Source: Candidatus Sungiibacteriota bacterium (lineage in GTDB: Bacteria > Patescibacteriota > Minisyncoccia > Sungbacterales > HO2-52-23). From it: a DNA stretch of 64,000 nucleotides. The stretch spans positions 134,151-198,150 of the forward strand of contig JACPBG010000004.1 of assembly GCA_016180435.1 (NCBI GenBank), written 5' to 3'. Position numbers and translations under genes: made by a program. This document shows positions 29,820 through 40,121 of this stretch, piece after piece; the first letter of the stretch is position 1; every line of letters starts with the position of its first letter. The notes beneath the pieces are model-generated. The model made no database searches, was not told where the DNA came from, and worked only from the letters and a program-made list of their open reading frames with translations.

Positions 29820-30881
29820 TTGAAAACTATTATCATCGGATTTGTAATCGTGGCATTGTTGGTTTTGGTTGGATCAACCGCGGCTTTAGCGCAGTCAGCT
29901 TTACTGGATTTTAATTTTACGGAACCGCCAATGCATGCAAAATCGTATTCACAGCCGCCTCCAGCAGAAAATCTTCAAACCATTAGGGTGGAAGTTGACC
30001 ATTGCAATTCAGGTGTCGCTCCTTTTTGTTTTGAGTACGTCGTGCAAAATAATGATACCGTGTGGGGTATTGCGAGATTTTTACGCGCCCCCGGGGAGCG
30101 AACCGTTGATATGAAAAACCGAATCGTGGCGATTGAACGCAATCGAGCGCAATTTGAAAAGGTCTCACCGCGATTGAAGAAAATTTCAAACGAACCCGGA
30201 CATTGGATTTTTCCAGGACAGAAAATTATGATTCCGGTCGTGTCGTTGGTGGAAAAACAGGCCGTTGAGGCGGCCGCGAAAAAAGCAGCGAAAGAAGCCG
30301 CTGAAAAACTTGCCGTAGATGCTCGCGCTCGAGAAGCCGAATTTGCATTGAATGCGTTGAAGATTTCTATCACAGTTGTCGTTTTTGCCGTTGTTTTCAT
30401 GTTGATAGCGATTCACCGTAAAGCAAAAAGATATTCGGCGCCGCGCACGCCGGAGGAACGGGCAGCAATGATCAATGATCCGAATTGGAAAATGGGTGAA
30501 CCGAGTGAACCGAAAGATCCGGATAGGAATAAGATAAAACCGTCCACTTGGGATGATTGGATGCCCAAAATGCTGCTCATCGGATTCACATTTTTTGCGT
30601 CCGCGTCCGATGTTCACGCCGGAGAAATCACCAACTTGAATGATCCCGAAAATCCGTTGTTGATCGTCCTTATTATTTTAGTTGCTGTTCGATATCTGTT
30701 TCCATTACTTTTATTCCCATCACTTAATTTTCTCTCGCGCGTTTTATCTTCGAAGACCGAAAACCATGATAAAGAATTATCCCGGAACTCCCGTCCTATC
30801 CGTACGATCAATGACTCAATAACGCATCGTCCCAAAGCTAAGGTCATTCCACTGTTTCAAAATGAGCCGCGGCATAAATAA
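29820..30881 (+). CDS. LysM-domain membrane protein
   Basis: Signal peptide, LysM-like YVVQNNDTVWGIARFL...IFPGQKIMIP, then TM ITVVVFAVVFMLIAI and further hydrophobic segments. Confidence 0.5.
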   Translation: MKTIIIGFVIVALLVLVGSTAALAQSALLDFNFTEPPMHAKSYSQPPPAENLQTIRVEVDHCNSGVAPFCFEYVVQNNDTVWGIARFLRAPGERTVDMKNRIVAIERNRAQFEKVSPRLKKISNEPGHWIFPGQKIMIPVVSLVEKQAVEAAAKKAAKEAAEKLAVDARAREAEFALNALKISITVVVFAVVFMLIAIHRKAKRYSAPRTPEERAAMINDPNWKMGEPSEPKDPDRNKIKPSTWDDWMPKMLLIGFTFFASASDVHAGEITNLNDPENPLLIVLIILVAVRYLFPLLLFPSLNFLSRVLSSKTENHDKELSRNSRPIRTINDSITHRPKAKVIPLFQNEPRHK

Positions 30882-30968
30882 CAAAAGGCAGTCCCCTCCT
30901 TCGACAAGCTCAGGATAAACTACACTCAATGTGCAACACTTAGTGTTTAACATTATTTATCATCAAAA

Positions 30969-30996
30969 AAACGCGACATCCGAGGATGTCGCGTTA
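30969..30996 (+). terminator. Hairpin terminator (aacgcgacatccgaggatgtcgcgtt)
   Basis: Perfect 11-bp stem directly after the 29820-30881 stop; weak T tract. Confidence 0.4.
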
Positions 30997-31088
30997 CTCG
31001 TTATTAGGATATTATCGAAGTCCGACTTCAATAGCGCACTATTGAAGTCGGACTTCGGAGTATTGAGTTAGGCCTCCAAAAACTTTAA

Positions 31089-31120
31089 ATAAACCAAGTT
31101 TCCAACCGGAAACTCGGTTT
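31089..31120 (-). terminator. Rho-independent terminator of the S1 gene (member of the gaaactcggttt hairpin family)
   Basis: Minus-strand aaaccgagtttccggttggaaacttggttt followed by atttaaagttttt. Confidence 0.5.
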
Positions 31121-31121
31121 A

Positions 31122-32474
31122 TTACTCTGCGGGTTTGGTTTCGTCTTGAGACGTTTTTTCTTCTGGTTTCTCGAGGCGTATCATACCTAGTGAAATCTTG
31201 TGCTCTTTTGGGTCGGTGAAAAGTATTTTAAATTGATAATTTTTTCCGAGTTCCAGGGTTTTACGCATATTCGTTTCTGTTCCGAATTCGGAAATGTGTA
31301 CGAGTCCTTGAATGCCTTCGTTAAGTTCGGCAAACGCCCCGAACGGATTGAATTTGGTTATTTTGGCATCCACGGTATCTCCCTTTTTGTATTTTTCCGC
31401 GGTTTCAGCCCACGGATCGGGTTTGAGCGCTTTTAGCGAAAGAGAAATTTTCCCCCCCTGCATATCAATGATTTTGGCTGATGCCCGATCGCCGGGTTTC
31501 AAAACTGAACGCGGGTCCTCGATCAGGGTCCAGCCGATTTCGGAAATGTGTATAAGTCCCTCCAGACCGGTTTCGTCGAATTTCATGAAAGCCCCGAAAT
31601 CTACCACGCCGGTTATTTCTCCTTCAACCGCGTCCCCCACTTTGTATTTGGCAAGAGCAGTGCGATGCGCTTCTTCCTCCTGTCCCCGTTCGGAGAAAAT
31701 CAGTTTATTTTCTTTGGAGTCAACGTCTATTATTTTTACTTTAAGTACAGTGCCGACTAATTTTTGCAGTTCCTGCAAAATTTTTTCTTTTTCTCCGCCT
31801 TCTACGCGCGGATAGTGCGCCGTCGCGAGCTGGGAGGTGGGCAGAAATCCTTTAACGCCCTGCAGTTCCAAAATCACTCCTCCGCGGTTGGCCTCCTGCA
31901 CCGGAACATCCAGCAGGGCCCCCTCATGCATTAGGCGTAATAATTCCAGCCATTTGCGGTCCTCCCCGGCTTCGCGCAGCGAAAGTTCACGATAACCTTC
32001 TTCGTTATCAAGCGATGTGATCTTTACGCTTACCGTGTCTCCGGCTTTTAGCGCTCGCGCTGTTTCCCCGGCTGCATAAAATTCCCGTCCGTAAATTACT
32101 CCGTTCCCGAAGGATTCTAAGTCCACGAAAATCCGAGGCCCTTTTCGTTCCAAAACAAGGCCGTCAACAATGTCTCCGATTTTGGGGAGCGCTGATGACA
32201 AAGCGGAGCCGTTTTTAAGCACCTGCTCCATGGGATGATAGGGCTTTAATTTGGGCGGAGCGTTTTCTTCAATAGTATCTTCTGTCGGGGCGTTTTTTGG
32301 TTTGACAATCATGTTATTCACAATTTTCATATCATATAGGGTATAAACGCATTTGGCAAGCGGGGGAAAGCATGATATGCTAAATAAATAAATTGTTCTA
32401 ATTAACCTAATTATTCTAATCAATGGCGAATGACTGAATTTCCGATTACTAAAGGATTTTTTAAATTTTGCCAT
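31122..32474 (-). CDS. rpsA: 30S ribosomal protein S1-like (four S1 domains)
   Basis: Repeated S1 OB-fold signatures (GDIVDGLV...; GEITGVVDFGAFMKF; GLVHISEFG); 450 aa; acidic C-terminus. Confidence 0.7.
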   Translation of the reverse strand: MAKFKKSFSNRKFSHSPLIRIIRLIRTIYLFSISCFPPLAKCVYTLYDMKIVNNMIVKPKNAPTEDTIEENAPPKLKPYHPMEQVLKNGSALSSALPKIGDIVDGLVLERKGPRIFVDLESFGNGVIYGREFYAAGETARALKAGDTVSVKITSLDNEEGYRELSLREAGEDRKWLELLRLMHEGALLDVPVQEANRGGVILELQGVKGFLPTSQLATAHYPRVEGGEKEKILQELQKLVGTVLKVKIIDVDSKENKLIFSERGQEEEAHRTALAKYKVGDAVEGEITGVVDFGAFMKFDETGLEGLIHISEIGWTLIEDPRSVLKPGDRASAKIIDMQGGKISLSLKALKPDPWAETAEKYKKGDTVDAKITKFNPFGAFAELNEGIQGLVHISEFGTETNMRKTLELGKNYQFKILFTDPKEHKISLGMIRLEKPEEKTSQDETKPAE

Positions 32475-32530
32475 TAAGAAATTGGGATTTGATTAGGTCA
32501 ATTAGAATAATTAGAAATTAGAATAATTTA
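32392..32530. repeat. AT-rich palindromic element (ttagaa/ttctaa family, related to repeat family A)
   Basis: Inverted arms ttctaattaacctaattattctaat ... attagaataattagaaattagaataatt. Confidence 0.45.
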
Positions 32531-32536
32531 AACCAT

Positions 32537-33181
32537 ATGGTTATAAATTGGCTCGGCCAGGCATGTTTCAAAATTCAATCCGGGGAATTCGTAATGGTGA
32601 TTGATCCGTTTTCCAAAGAGATCGGATTCGTTCCGCCCCGCTTTCGCGCGGATGCGGTTTTGGTTACCCATGCGCATTTTGACCATTCAAACTCCGACAG
32701 TTTGACCGGTGATCCGTTTATTATTTCCGGACCAGGAGAATACGAGGTGAAAGGAATTTATGTTGAGGGGATCGAAACGTTTCATGACGCATCCCGTGGT
32801 AAAGAGCGCGGCATGAATACGGTTTATCGTATTGAATTGGAGGGATTGCGTTTAGCGCATTTGGGGGATTTTGGCGAGAGTGCCATGCGGGATGAGACGG
32901 TAGAGGCGTTGGGAGATATTGATATTTTAATGCTGCCGGTGGGCGGGCGTTTTACAGTTGATGCCGATGCCGCAGCTAAAGTGGTGAAACAAATTGAACC
33001 GCGTTATGTAATTCCCATGCATTTTAAAATTCCGGGGCTTAAAATTAATCTTGATTCCGCAGATGCGTTTTTGAAAGAGATGGGCGCGGCCAAGATAGAG
33101 GCGCAGGAAAAATTCGTCATTAAGAAAAAAGACATCGGGGAGGAAGAAAAGACGGAAGTGGTGCTGTTGAAACCGTCGTAG
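32537..33181 (+). CDS. MBL-fold metal-dependent hydrolase (UPF0173/YtkL-like)
   Basis: MVINWLGQACFKIQ...VLVTHAHFDHSN typical of small MBL hydrolases. Confidence 0.7.
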   Translation: MVINWLGQACFKIQSGEFVMVIDPFSKEIGFVPPRFRADAVLVTHAHFDHSNSDSLTGDPFIISGPGEYEVKGIYVEGIETFHDASRGKERGMNTVYRIELEGLRLAHLGDFGESAMRDETVEALGDIDILMLPVGGRFTVDADAAAKVVKQIEPRYVIPMHFKIPGLKINLDSADAFLKEMGAAKIEAQEKFVIKKKDIGEEEKTEVVLLKPS

Positions 33182-33393
33182 GGTTTCACAAACACTAATA
33201 GCTCAAACAGTAACGAACCGCCCTGACACCTGAATTGTTTATGGGTTTGGGTTGTAGATGCCCATATGGTTAAAAGGTTTAGTTTAAAGGCAACCAAAAC
33301 TTTTAACCTAAAACCAGACCGGCTTCTAAAACCTACACCCTATAACGGTTTTATTCGCGCTTTTCATGATTTTTTTCATAATCAAACAAACAT

Positions 33394-33876
33394 ATGAAAT
33401 TCATTGTGCGAGTTATTGAAGTAGTCCGGGATTTGCCCGAAGAAGCCCGCCGGCTGATCGCCGGGATAATTTTGGTGATTGCCGCGATATTCATGTTTTT
33501 TTCTTGGGGCGCGTCCACTTCCTCGCGGCTTGCGGATTTGTCAGGCGGAGAAGTTTCACCGGTGTTTGATGTTGGCGGCGGCGTTCGGCCAATCTCTCCG
33601 GAAATCATGGCCGAGCTGCCTTCGGGGGCGCGCGAAGCAGTGGGGCCGCTTGCCGGAATTGCGGAGTCCGTGAAATCCTCCGCAGAATTTTTGTCCAGCC
33701 GCCTTCGTTACGGGCCGCCGCAGGAAAATGGTATCGGTGCCGGCTGGAATTTCGGGCGCATAAAAAATGCCGGACGCGCAATTAAAAATGCGGCCTCGAT
33801 TGTCGCCGGCGAATTTTCCGAGAGAACATATAATTTATTAAAACCGTTTTTGTCCGGAGAAGGAGGAGCTTTTTAA
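33394..33876 (+). CDS. Hypothetical membrane protein
   Basis: TM LIAGIILVIAAIFMFF; Gly/Ala-rich. Confidence 0.35.
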   Translation: MKFIVRVIEVVRDLPEEARRLIAGIILVIAAIFMFFSWGASTSSRLADLSGGEVSPVFDVGGGVRPISPEIMAELPSGAREAVGPLAGIAESVKSSAEFLSSRLRYGPPQENGIGAGWNFGRIKNAGRAIKNAASIVAGEFSERTYNLLKPFLSGEGGAF

Positions 33877-33995
33877 AGATAAATTTCTAATTGCCTAATT
33901 GTCTAATTTCTAATAAAATGCCCAATAAAGAAATTAGGAATTTAGGCCTTAGAAATTTTATTAGGTGAATTAGAAATTAGGTGAATTTTGAATTT
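33877..33995. repeat. Repeat family A copy 1 (~118-bp palindromic MITE/REP-like element)
   Basis: agataaatttctaattgcctaattgtctaatttctaataaaatgcccaataaagaaattaggaatttaggccttagaaattttattaggtgaattagaaattaggtgaattttgaattt; near-identical to copies at 38643 and 45821. Confidence 0.8.
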
Positions 33996-34001
33996 TTATT
34001 C

Positions 34002-36479
34002 ATGTCAGATATCGGTAAAGTCCAACAAAGAGAAATAGTGGAAGAAATGAGAGAATCGTATCTCGATTATGCGATGTCGGTTATTGTGGCGCGCGCTCTT
34101 CCGGATGTGCGGGACGGCTTAAAACCCGTGCACCGCCGAATTTTGTATTCCATGCACGATATGGGCCTTACCCATGCGGTTAAATTCCGCAAATCCGCGG
34201 CGATTGTCGGCGACTGCCTCGGCAAATATCATCCGCACGGTGATATTGCGGTATATGATACTCTAGTGCGGCTTGCGCAGGATTTTTCGCTCCGTTATCC
34301 GCTGATTGACGGCCAGGGGAATTTCGGGTCAATTGACGGCGATTCCGCGGCAGCGATGCGTTACACGGAGGCAAGAATGACACGTATTGGCGAGGAGCTT
34401 TTGCGCGATATTGAAAAAGAAACGGTTGATTTTCGGCCCAATTACGATGGCACGCGCGAGGAGCCGATAGTGCTGCCTGCTTCAATTCCTAATCTTATTT
34501 TAAACGGCACGATCGGAATTGCAGTCGGCATGGCGACCAACATTCCCCCGCATAATATGACGGAGGTGGTGGATGCGCTTATCCATCTTATTAACCATCC
34601 CAGAGCCACGAACGACGACTTGATGGAATTTGTAAAAGGACCGGATTTTCCGACCGGTGGAATTATTTTTGACGAGAAAGAAATCCGCACTACTTATGCC
34701 TCGGGAAAAGGCGCGATTTTAAACCGCGGAGTTGCCGAAATTACGGAGGATGCCAAAGGACGAGCGCAAATAGTTGTTACCGAAATACCGTATCAGGTCA
34801 ACAAAGCCGAGCTTATTGAAACTATTGCCAACATGGCGACCGAGAAACGGCTGGAGGGCATTCGCGATATCCGGGATGAATCGGACAAAGACGGACTGCG
34901 TATTGTGATTGAATTGAAACAGGACGCCCACCCGCAAAAAGTGCTTAACAATCTTTATCAGCACACCGATCTGGAAAAAAGTTTTCACTTAAATATGCTC
35001 GCCCTGGTTGACGGGATTCAGCCGCAAGTGATGTCTCTGAAGGGTGTTTTGGAAGAATTTGCGAAGCATCGGGTGGATGTGGTAACGCGCCGCACCAAGT
35101 TCGATTTGGCACGCGCCAAAGAGCGCATCCATATTCTGGAAGGGCTTAAAAAAGCGCTGGATCAGATTGACCGCGTGATTGAGACCATCAAAAAATCCGC
35201 GGATAAAGACGAGGCCCGGGTGAATTTGATGAAAAAATTCGGACTCTCCGAAATCCAGGCCGGGGCGATTTTAGAAATGCGTTTGCAAAGTTTAGCGGGT
35301 CTTGAGCGCCAGAAAATCGAGTCCGAGCTTAAAGATAAGCTTGCCCTGGCGCGATCGTTGGAAGCGTTATTAAAGGATCCGGCCAAAGTGCGTGCGGAAA
35401 TTATAAAAGAACTCGGAGAAATAAAACAAAAATTCGGGGATGAGCGCCGTACGAAAGTCATTAAATCCTCCCCCAGGGAATTTTCCGAAGAGGATTTGAT
35501 TGCGGATGAAGAAGTGGTAGTCATGCTTACGCGCGGCGGATACATAAAGCGCATCAAGCCCGAAAATTACCGGATGCAAAAGCGCGGCGGCAAGGGGCTG
35601 ATCGGCATTGAAACCAAAGAAGAAGACGCCGTGGAGCGATTGCTTACTTGTAATACCCATTCTTCCCTGCTTTTCTTTACCGATTCCGGGAAAATTTACG
35701 AAGTCCGGGCTTATGAGGTTCCGGAGGGATCCAGAACCTCCAAGGGTAAAACGATTTTTAATTTTCTATCAATTGCGCAGGGCGAACGCGTGACCTCAAT
35801 TCTGGCTGTTCCCAAAAAGGATAAGAAGCGCGAGGCATCATCGGGTTTTATCGTAATGGTGACCCAGAATGGTATAATAAAGAAAGTGGAATCATCTGTT
35901 TTTGAGAATGTGCGCCGATCCGGACTTATTGCTATAAACTTGAAAAAAGGCGATGCGCTTGATTTTGCGGAACTTACTGCCGGTTCTGACGAATTAATGC
36001 TTGTTACCAAGCACGGACAAGCCATTCATTTCAAGGAGAAAGATGTGCGTCCCATGGGCCGGCAGGCGGCCGGGGTGCGGGCTATGCGTCTCAAGAAAAA
36101 TGATATGGTCGTGGGCATGAGCGTAGTCAATAACAGGCCTGCCCTGAGTCGAGTCGAAGGGTTACATACAGCGAGTAATCAGAAATTGCTGGTAGTTATG
36201 GATCAAGGATATGGGAAGCATACGCCGGTTAAGCAGTACAAAATTCAGCGCCGCGGCGGCTCGGGCATAAAAACCGCCAAAGTGACGCAAAAAACCGGAT
36301 CGGTTGTCGGAGCATATATTATCGGCGCGCAGGACTCCGAGCTTATCGCGATTTCCCGCAAAGGCCAGGTCATACGCACGGAGTTGTCTTCCATTCCGAC
36401 CCTGGGCCGCGCCACGCAGGGAGTAAGGATTATGAAATTAAATCCCGGAGACGCGGTGGCGTCAATTACCACATTATGA
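34002..36479 (+). CDS. gyrA: DNA gyrase subunit A
   Basis: [26 protein letters not shown] active-site region, full-length ~825 aa; start at ATG MSDIGKV. Confidence 0.9.
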   Translation: MSDIGKVQQREIVEEMRESYLDYAMSVIVARALPDVRDGLKPVHRRILYSMHDMGLTHAVKFRKSAAIVGDCLGKYHPHGDIAVYDTLVRLAQDFSLRYPLIDGQGNFGSIDGDSAAAMRYTEARMTRIGEELLRDIEKETVDFRPNYDGTREEPIVLPASIPNLILNGTIGIAVGMATNIPPHNMTEVVDALIHLINHPRATNDDLMEFVKGPDFPTGGIIFDEKEIRTTYASGKGAILNRGVAEITEDAKGRAQIVVTEIPYQVNKAELIETIANMATEKRLEGIRDIRDESDKDGLRIVIELKQDAHPQKVLNNLYQHTDLEKSFHLNMLALVDGIQPQVMSLKGVLEEFAKHRVDVVTRRTKFDLARAKERIHILEGLKKALDQIDRVIETIKKSADKDEARVNLMKKFGLSEIQAGAILEMRLQSLAGLERQKIESELKDKLALARSLEALLKDPAKVRAEIIKELGEIKQKFGDERRTKVIKSSPREFSEEDLIADEEVVVMLTRGGYIKRIKPENYRMQKRGGKGLIGIETKEEDAVERLLTCNTHSSLLFFTDSGKIYEVRAYEVPEGSRTSKGKTIFNFLSIAQGERVTSILAVPKKDKKREASSGFIVMVTQNGIIKKVESSVFENVRRSGLIAINLKKGDALDFAELTAGSDELMLVTKHGQAIHFKEKDVRPMGRQAAGVRAMRLKKNDMVVGMSVVNNRPALSRVEGLHTASNQKLLVVMDQGYGKHTPVKQYKIQRRGGSGIKTAKVTQKTGSVVGAYIIGAQDSELIAISRKGQVIRTELSSIPTLGRATQGVRIMKLNPGDAVASITTL

Positions 36480-36627
36480 TGCCAATCTACAAATCTTATG
36501 CCAATCTACAAATTGCGAATCGGCTTGCGCCGGTATGATGCTAATCTACGAATGATATGCCAATCTACTAATTGCGAATGAACTTAATATTTATTTGGCA
36601 TTAAATTCGCATAGGATTGGCATCACA
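36477..36627. repeat. Repeat family B copy 1 (tgccaatct/agattggca palindromic element, extended and inverted copy)
   Basis: tgatgccaatctacaaatcttatgccaatctacaaattgcgaat...ttggcattaaattcgcataggattggcatcaca; right arm is the reverse complement of the left arm of copy 2. Confidence 0.75.
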
Positions 36628-36630
36628 TCA

Positions 36631-37185
36631 ATGGATGGATTCATAAAAGGCACTGGTTTTCTTTCTCCCGAACAGGTGGTTCGGCAATTCGGGCTGGAAA
36701 AAGGCGATCATGTTGCTGATTTTGGCTCGGGGCACGGGTATTTAACCATTCCTATGGCGCGGATCGTGGGCGGCGACGGAAAAATTTTCGCGCTGGATAT
36801 CCAAAAAAACTCGCTGGACATAATACGTTCCAAGGCGCGGCTGGAGCATCTTTTGAATATTGAGACGGTCCGGGCCGATTTGGAGGAGCCGCGCGGCTCG
36901 CATATCAAGGCCGGATACATAAATTTCGCGGTTATTTCAAATATTTTATTTCAGGTGGAAAATAAAATTGCGCTTTTTGAGGAGGCCTATAGGATTCTTC
37001 ATCGGGGAGGAAAATTGGCGGTGATTGAATGGGAAGGATCTCTGCAAAGCTCGCTCGGTCCGCCGCTTGAATTGAGAATTGCAAAAGACGAAGCATCGCG
37101 CTTGGCCTCTGAAGCCGGATTTAAATTGATAAGCGAATTTGACGGAGGAACACACCACTACGGATTACTTTTTATAAAAAAATAA
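36631..37185 (+). CDS. Class I SAM-dependent methyltransferase
   Basis: Motif I VADFGSGHGYLTIPMAR, motif II KIFALDI; gene bracketed by inverted family-B repeat arms. Confidence 0.6.
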   Translation: MDGFIKGTGFLSPEQVVRQFGLEKGDHVADFGSGHGYLTIPMARIVGGDGKIFALDIQKNSLDIIRSKARLEHLLNIETVRADLEEPRGSHIKAGYINFAVISNILFQVENKIALFEEAYRILHRGGKLAVIEWEGSLQSSLGPPLELRIAKDEASRLASEAGFKLISEFDGGTHHYGLLFIKK

Positions 37186-37190
37186 AACAG

Positions 37191-37292
37191 TGATGCCAAT
37201 CCTATGCAAATTTAATGCCAATTTAGCGAATTGCGAATATTCACATAATTAGCAATTTGTAGATTGGCATAAGATTTGTAGATTTGCATCAT
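37191..37292. repeat. Repeat family B copy 2
   Basis: tgatgccaatcctatgcaaatttaatgccaatttagcgaattgcgaat...caatttgtagattggcataag. Confidence 0.75.
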
Positions 37293-37309
37293 AATGTGCG
37301 AAGCACGAA

Positions 37310-38617
37310 ATGTCTGATCAAAAAACTTTAGTTTACGGCGTATTGGGAGTTGTAGGACTTATCGTAATCCTTCTGGTTTTCGGATTTTTATTCGGCCGGG
37401 AGTCAGGCGGACCTCCGGCGGCTGACCTTCAATTTTGGGGTTTCGGGGATGATTCTGACGTCTGGCGCGATATAATTTCCGGTTACGCCGAAAAATACAG
37501 CGGCTCTTCCGTAACCTATACGCGCCTGAATGATCAAATCTACGAAGATACGATTATAAATCGTCTGGCGGCAGGCGAGGGCCCGGATATTTTCATGCTT
37601 AAAAATACCGCGGTGGTAAAGCACGCGGATAAAATTGTTCCTTTGCCGCAGGATTATTTCCAATTTTTCATAAAGGATTTTAAGCGCACATTCGCGGACA
37701 TAGCGGCCGATGATCTGATTTCCGGTCCGCAAAACGCTTTTTTGCGGTCAGAAAGCGAGCAGATTGTCGGAATCCCCCTTTACGTAGATGCTCTTGTTAT
37801 GTTTTATCATAAAGATCTTTTTAACAGTTCGGGTATTGCAACGCCTCCGGCAACTTGGGATGACGTGATTGAGGCGTCAAAACGCGTGACAAAATTATCG
37901 TTGGGTGGCGGAATTGAACGCTCCGGCGCCACGCTCGGCACATATGCCAATGTGGAGCGGGCATTTGATCTGTTAAGTTCTCTTTTTATGCAGCAGGGTG
38001 TCTCGGTGGTCAATCGCAAAACCAAAGCCGTGGAGTTTGGAGGCGGAGCATCCGGAGTCATGCAGTTTTATACTTCTTTTGCCAACCCGGCCAAGCAGAA
38101 TTATTCCTGGTCCGGCCGTATGCCCAATTCCTTTGAAGCCCTGGCGCGCGGAGAGGCGTCCATGGCTTTTGGCACGGCCAGCGACTGGCAGAGAGTTCTG
38201 GCTAAAAATCCGCATCTGCGCCTGGGGGTTGCGCTTCTCCCCCAGCGCAAGGGCTCCGCGGTTCCGGTGACCCAGGGAGAATATGCGGTTTTGGCGGTAT
38301 CGCGTCTTTCCCGGAATCCGGAGGCCGCCTGGAATTTTATACGCTACGCGACCGAAGCCGGGCAGTCGGAAAAATATCTTGCCAAAACCCAACGCGCTCC
38401 GGCGCGGCGCGATCTGATCGCCAAAGGAACATCTTCCGAGGAACTTGACGTATTTTATCGTTCAGCCCTTATAGCCAAAAGCTGGCCGGTGCCGGACGAA
38501 AAGAGGACTAAACTTATTTTTCAGGACGCGGTAGAATCCATATTGAGTGGCGCATCCGACCCGTCCCACGCCGCGCAAAACCTATCCCAACAATTGCAGT
38601 TGCTGATATCGAAATAG
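37310..38617 (+). CDS. ABC transporter substrate-binding protein (sugar-type, family 1), N-terminal TM anchor; orphan (no adjacent permease/ATPase)
   Basis: LYVDALVMFYHKDLF and overall MalE-like pattern; TM LVYGVLGVVGLIVILLVFGFLF. Confidence 0.6.
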   Translation: MSDQKTLVYGVLGVVGLIVILLVFGFLFGRESGGPPAADLQFWGFGDDSDVWRDIISGYAEKYSGSSVTYTRLNDQIYEDTIINRLAAGEGPDIFMLKNTAVVKHADKIVPLPQDYFQFFIKDFKRTFADIAADDLISGPQNAFLRSESEQIVGIPLYVDALVMFYHKDLFNSSGIATPPATWDDVIEASKRVTKLSLGGGIERSGATLGTYANVERAFDLLSSLFMQQGVSVVNRKTKAVEFGGGASGVMQFYTSFANPAKQNYSWSGRMPNSFEALARGEASMAFGTASDWQRVLAKNPHLRLGVALLPQRKGSAVPVTQGEYAVLAVSRLSRNPEAAWNFIRYATEAGQSEKYLAKTQRAPARRDLIAKGTSSEELDVFYRSALIAKSWPVPDEKRTKLIFQDAVESILSGASDPSHAAQNLSQQLQLLISK

Positions 38618-38642
38618 GTTAAAAAACGCACAAAATCCATTA

Positions 38643-38762
38643 AGATAAATTTCTAATTGCCTAATTGTCTAATTTCTAATAAAATGCCCAATAAAGAAAT
38701 TAGGAATTTAGGCCTTAGAAATTTTATTAGGTGAATTAGGAATTAGGTGAATTTTGAATTTT
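38643..38762. repeat. Repeat family A copy 2
   Basis: Near-identical to 33877-33995. Confidence 0.8.
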
Positions 38763-39812
38763 AGAGAATCTATGTTTCTCAAAACATTTTTTGTCATATT
38801 CGCCCTGATTTTATTGGTATTCTTGCCTATTTTTGCGGATGCCGCTTTAGTCCCGGAATGTACTGGGATTAAAAAAGGCGGGGCTACTGATGGCTCGGAT
38901 GATGTTCAGGTCTCTGGATATTGCACTATTTGCGATCTTTTTGTCCTTATCCAAAATATCCTGAAATTTATCTGGATTTATATTGCTTTTCCCTTGGCTG
39001 CTCTAATGTTGGTCTACGGCGGATTTATGATGCTGGTTCCGGGCGTTTCGGGCGAAAAGGGCGCGGCCTCTTTTTCCAAAGGCCGAAAGATAATTTTTAA
39101 CACTCTTATCGGGATTACCATAGTGTTTCTGGCGTGGCTCGGCATAGATACAATTATGAAAACCGTATCTTATAATAGCGGCGGCGAGTTCGGATGGTGG
39201 AATGAAATTAAATGCATTTCCGCGCCGATTACGTTTGGAGGCGGCGGAGGCGGCGGAGGCGGAGGAGGCGGAGGAGGTGGAGGCGGAGGAGGTGGAGGAG
39301 GAGGGGGCGGAGGAGGCGGAGGGGGTGGAGGACTTGGCGGTGGTCAAACCTGCAGTGGATGCGTTAAAACCGGAAATTTTCTTTTGGGTCCAAAGCCCTG
39401 TGAGGGAGCTGCATCTGGACAAATTTGTCAAGTTAATAGTGCTCTTAATGATAAGTTGGCTACTTTAAATAATTCTATTTTTGGTGAGAAGGGTTCTGGA
39501 TTTATGGTGGTTACGGAAACATGGCCGCCCGTTGGCTATTCCCCAACTAAACCCAACGGGATTCATGCGGATTCTTGTCATGGAGCGGCAACCTGTGTAG
39601 ATATGAGATGCGGATCGGGAAGTGCCGCGGATGTAAACTATTGCATTCAAAAAACACAAACAGCCGGACTTAACCCATGTTATGAAGTAAAACCGGGCGA
39701 TAAAAAGAAATTTGTTGATGCGGGCGTGCCATCTAATAGAGTAGCGGAGGTTTCGAGAATTACCGGCCCGCATTTTTCCGTATACCTTGATTCTGCGCAC
39801 GGATGTCCATAA
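38754..39812 (+). CDS. VirB2/TrbC-like pilin-type protein fused to a ~37-residue polyglycine linker and a C-terminal Cys-rich domain
   Basis: Signal peptide + two hydrophobic helices (IWIYIAFPLAALMLVYGGFMMLV ; LIGITIVFLAWLGIDTIM) as in T4SS pilins; GGN repeat DNA 39235-39345; C-terminal domain with ~12 Cys. Confidence 0.45.
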   Translation: MNFRESMFLKTFFVIFALILLVFLPIFADAALVPECTGIKKGGATDGSDDVQVSGYCTICDLFVLIQNILKFIWIYIAFPLAALMLVYGGFMMLVPGVSGEKGAASFSKGRKIIFNTLIGITIVFLAWLGIDTIMKTVSYNSGGEFGWWNEIKCISAPITFGGGGGGGGGGGGGGGGGGGGGGGGGGGGGGGGLGGGQTCSGCVKTGNFLLGPKPCEGAASGQICQVNSALNDKLATLNNSIFGEKGSGFMVVTETWPPVGYSPTKPNGIHADSCHGAATCVDMRCGSGSAADVNYCIQKTQTAGLNPCYEVKPGDKKKFVDAGVPSNRVAEVSRITGPHFSVYLDSAHGCP

Positions 39813-39986
39813 TTTCTGTTCGAAGTCCGACTTTAAACACCCCCGTCTATCTTGTTGAAAAGTCCATTTGTTCTAAATATCTCGGCATTATATCATTGAA
39901 CCATGGACTACATAACCTCCGCATTCGTCATATATGTGATGTGTTTTTACATAGTGACGGATGAATTGACGTTGCTGGATTAAGCA

Positions 39987-40087
39987 GTGATGCCAATCCT
40001 ATGCGAATTTAATGCCAATCTGGCGAATTGCGAATAAATATTAAGTTCATTCGCAATTAGTAGATTGGCATATCATTCGTAGATTAG
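39987..40087. repeat. Repeat family B copy 3
   Basis: cagtgatgccaatcctatgcgaatttaatgccaatctggcgaattgcgaat...attcgcaattagtagattggcat. Confidence 0.75.
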
Positions 40088-40121
40088 TTCGGCTATACTT
40101 CTGGTATCAGCTCCTTTTGTC

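Noticed and set aside
39235-39345. GGN x~35 simple repeat and 30-bp x3 repeat at 61793-61890 as possible CRISPR arrays
   Set aside because: Both are in-frame coding repeats (polyglycine linker; GGPPGASLAK) with no unique spacers and no cas genes. Not CRISPR.
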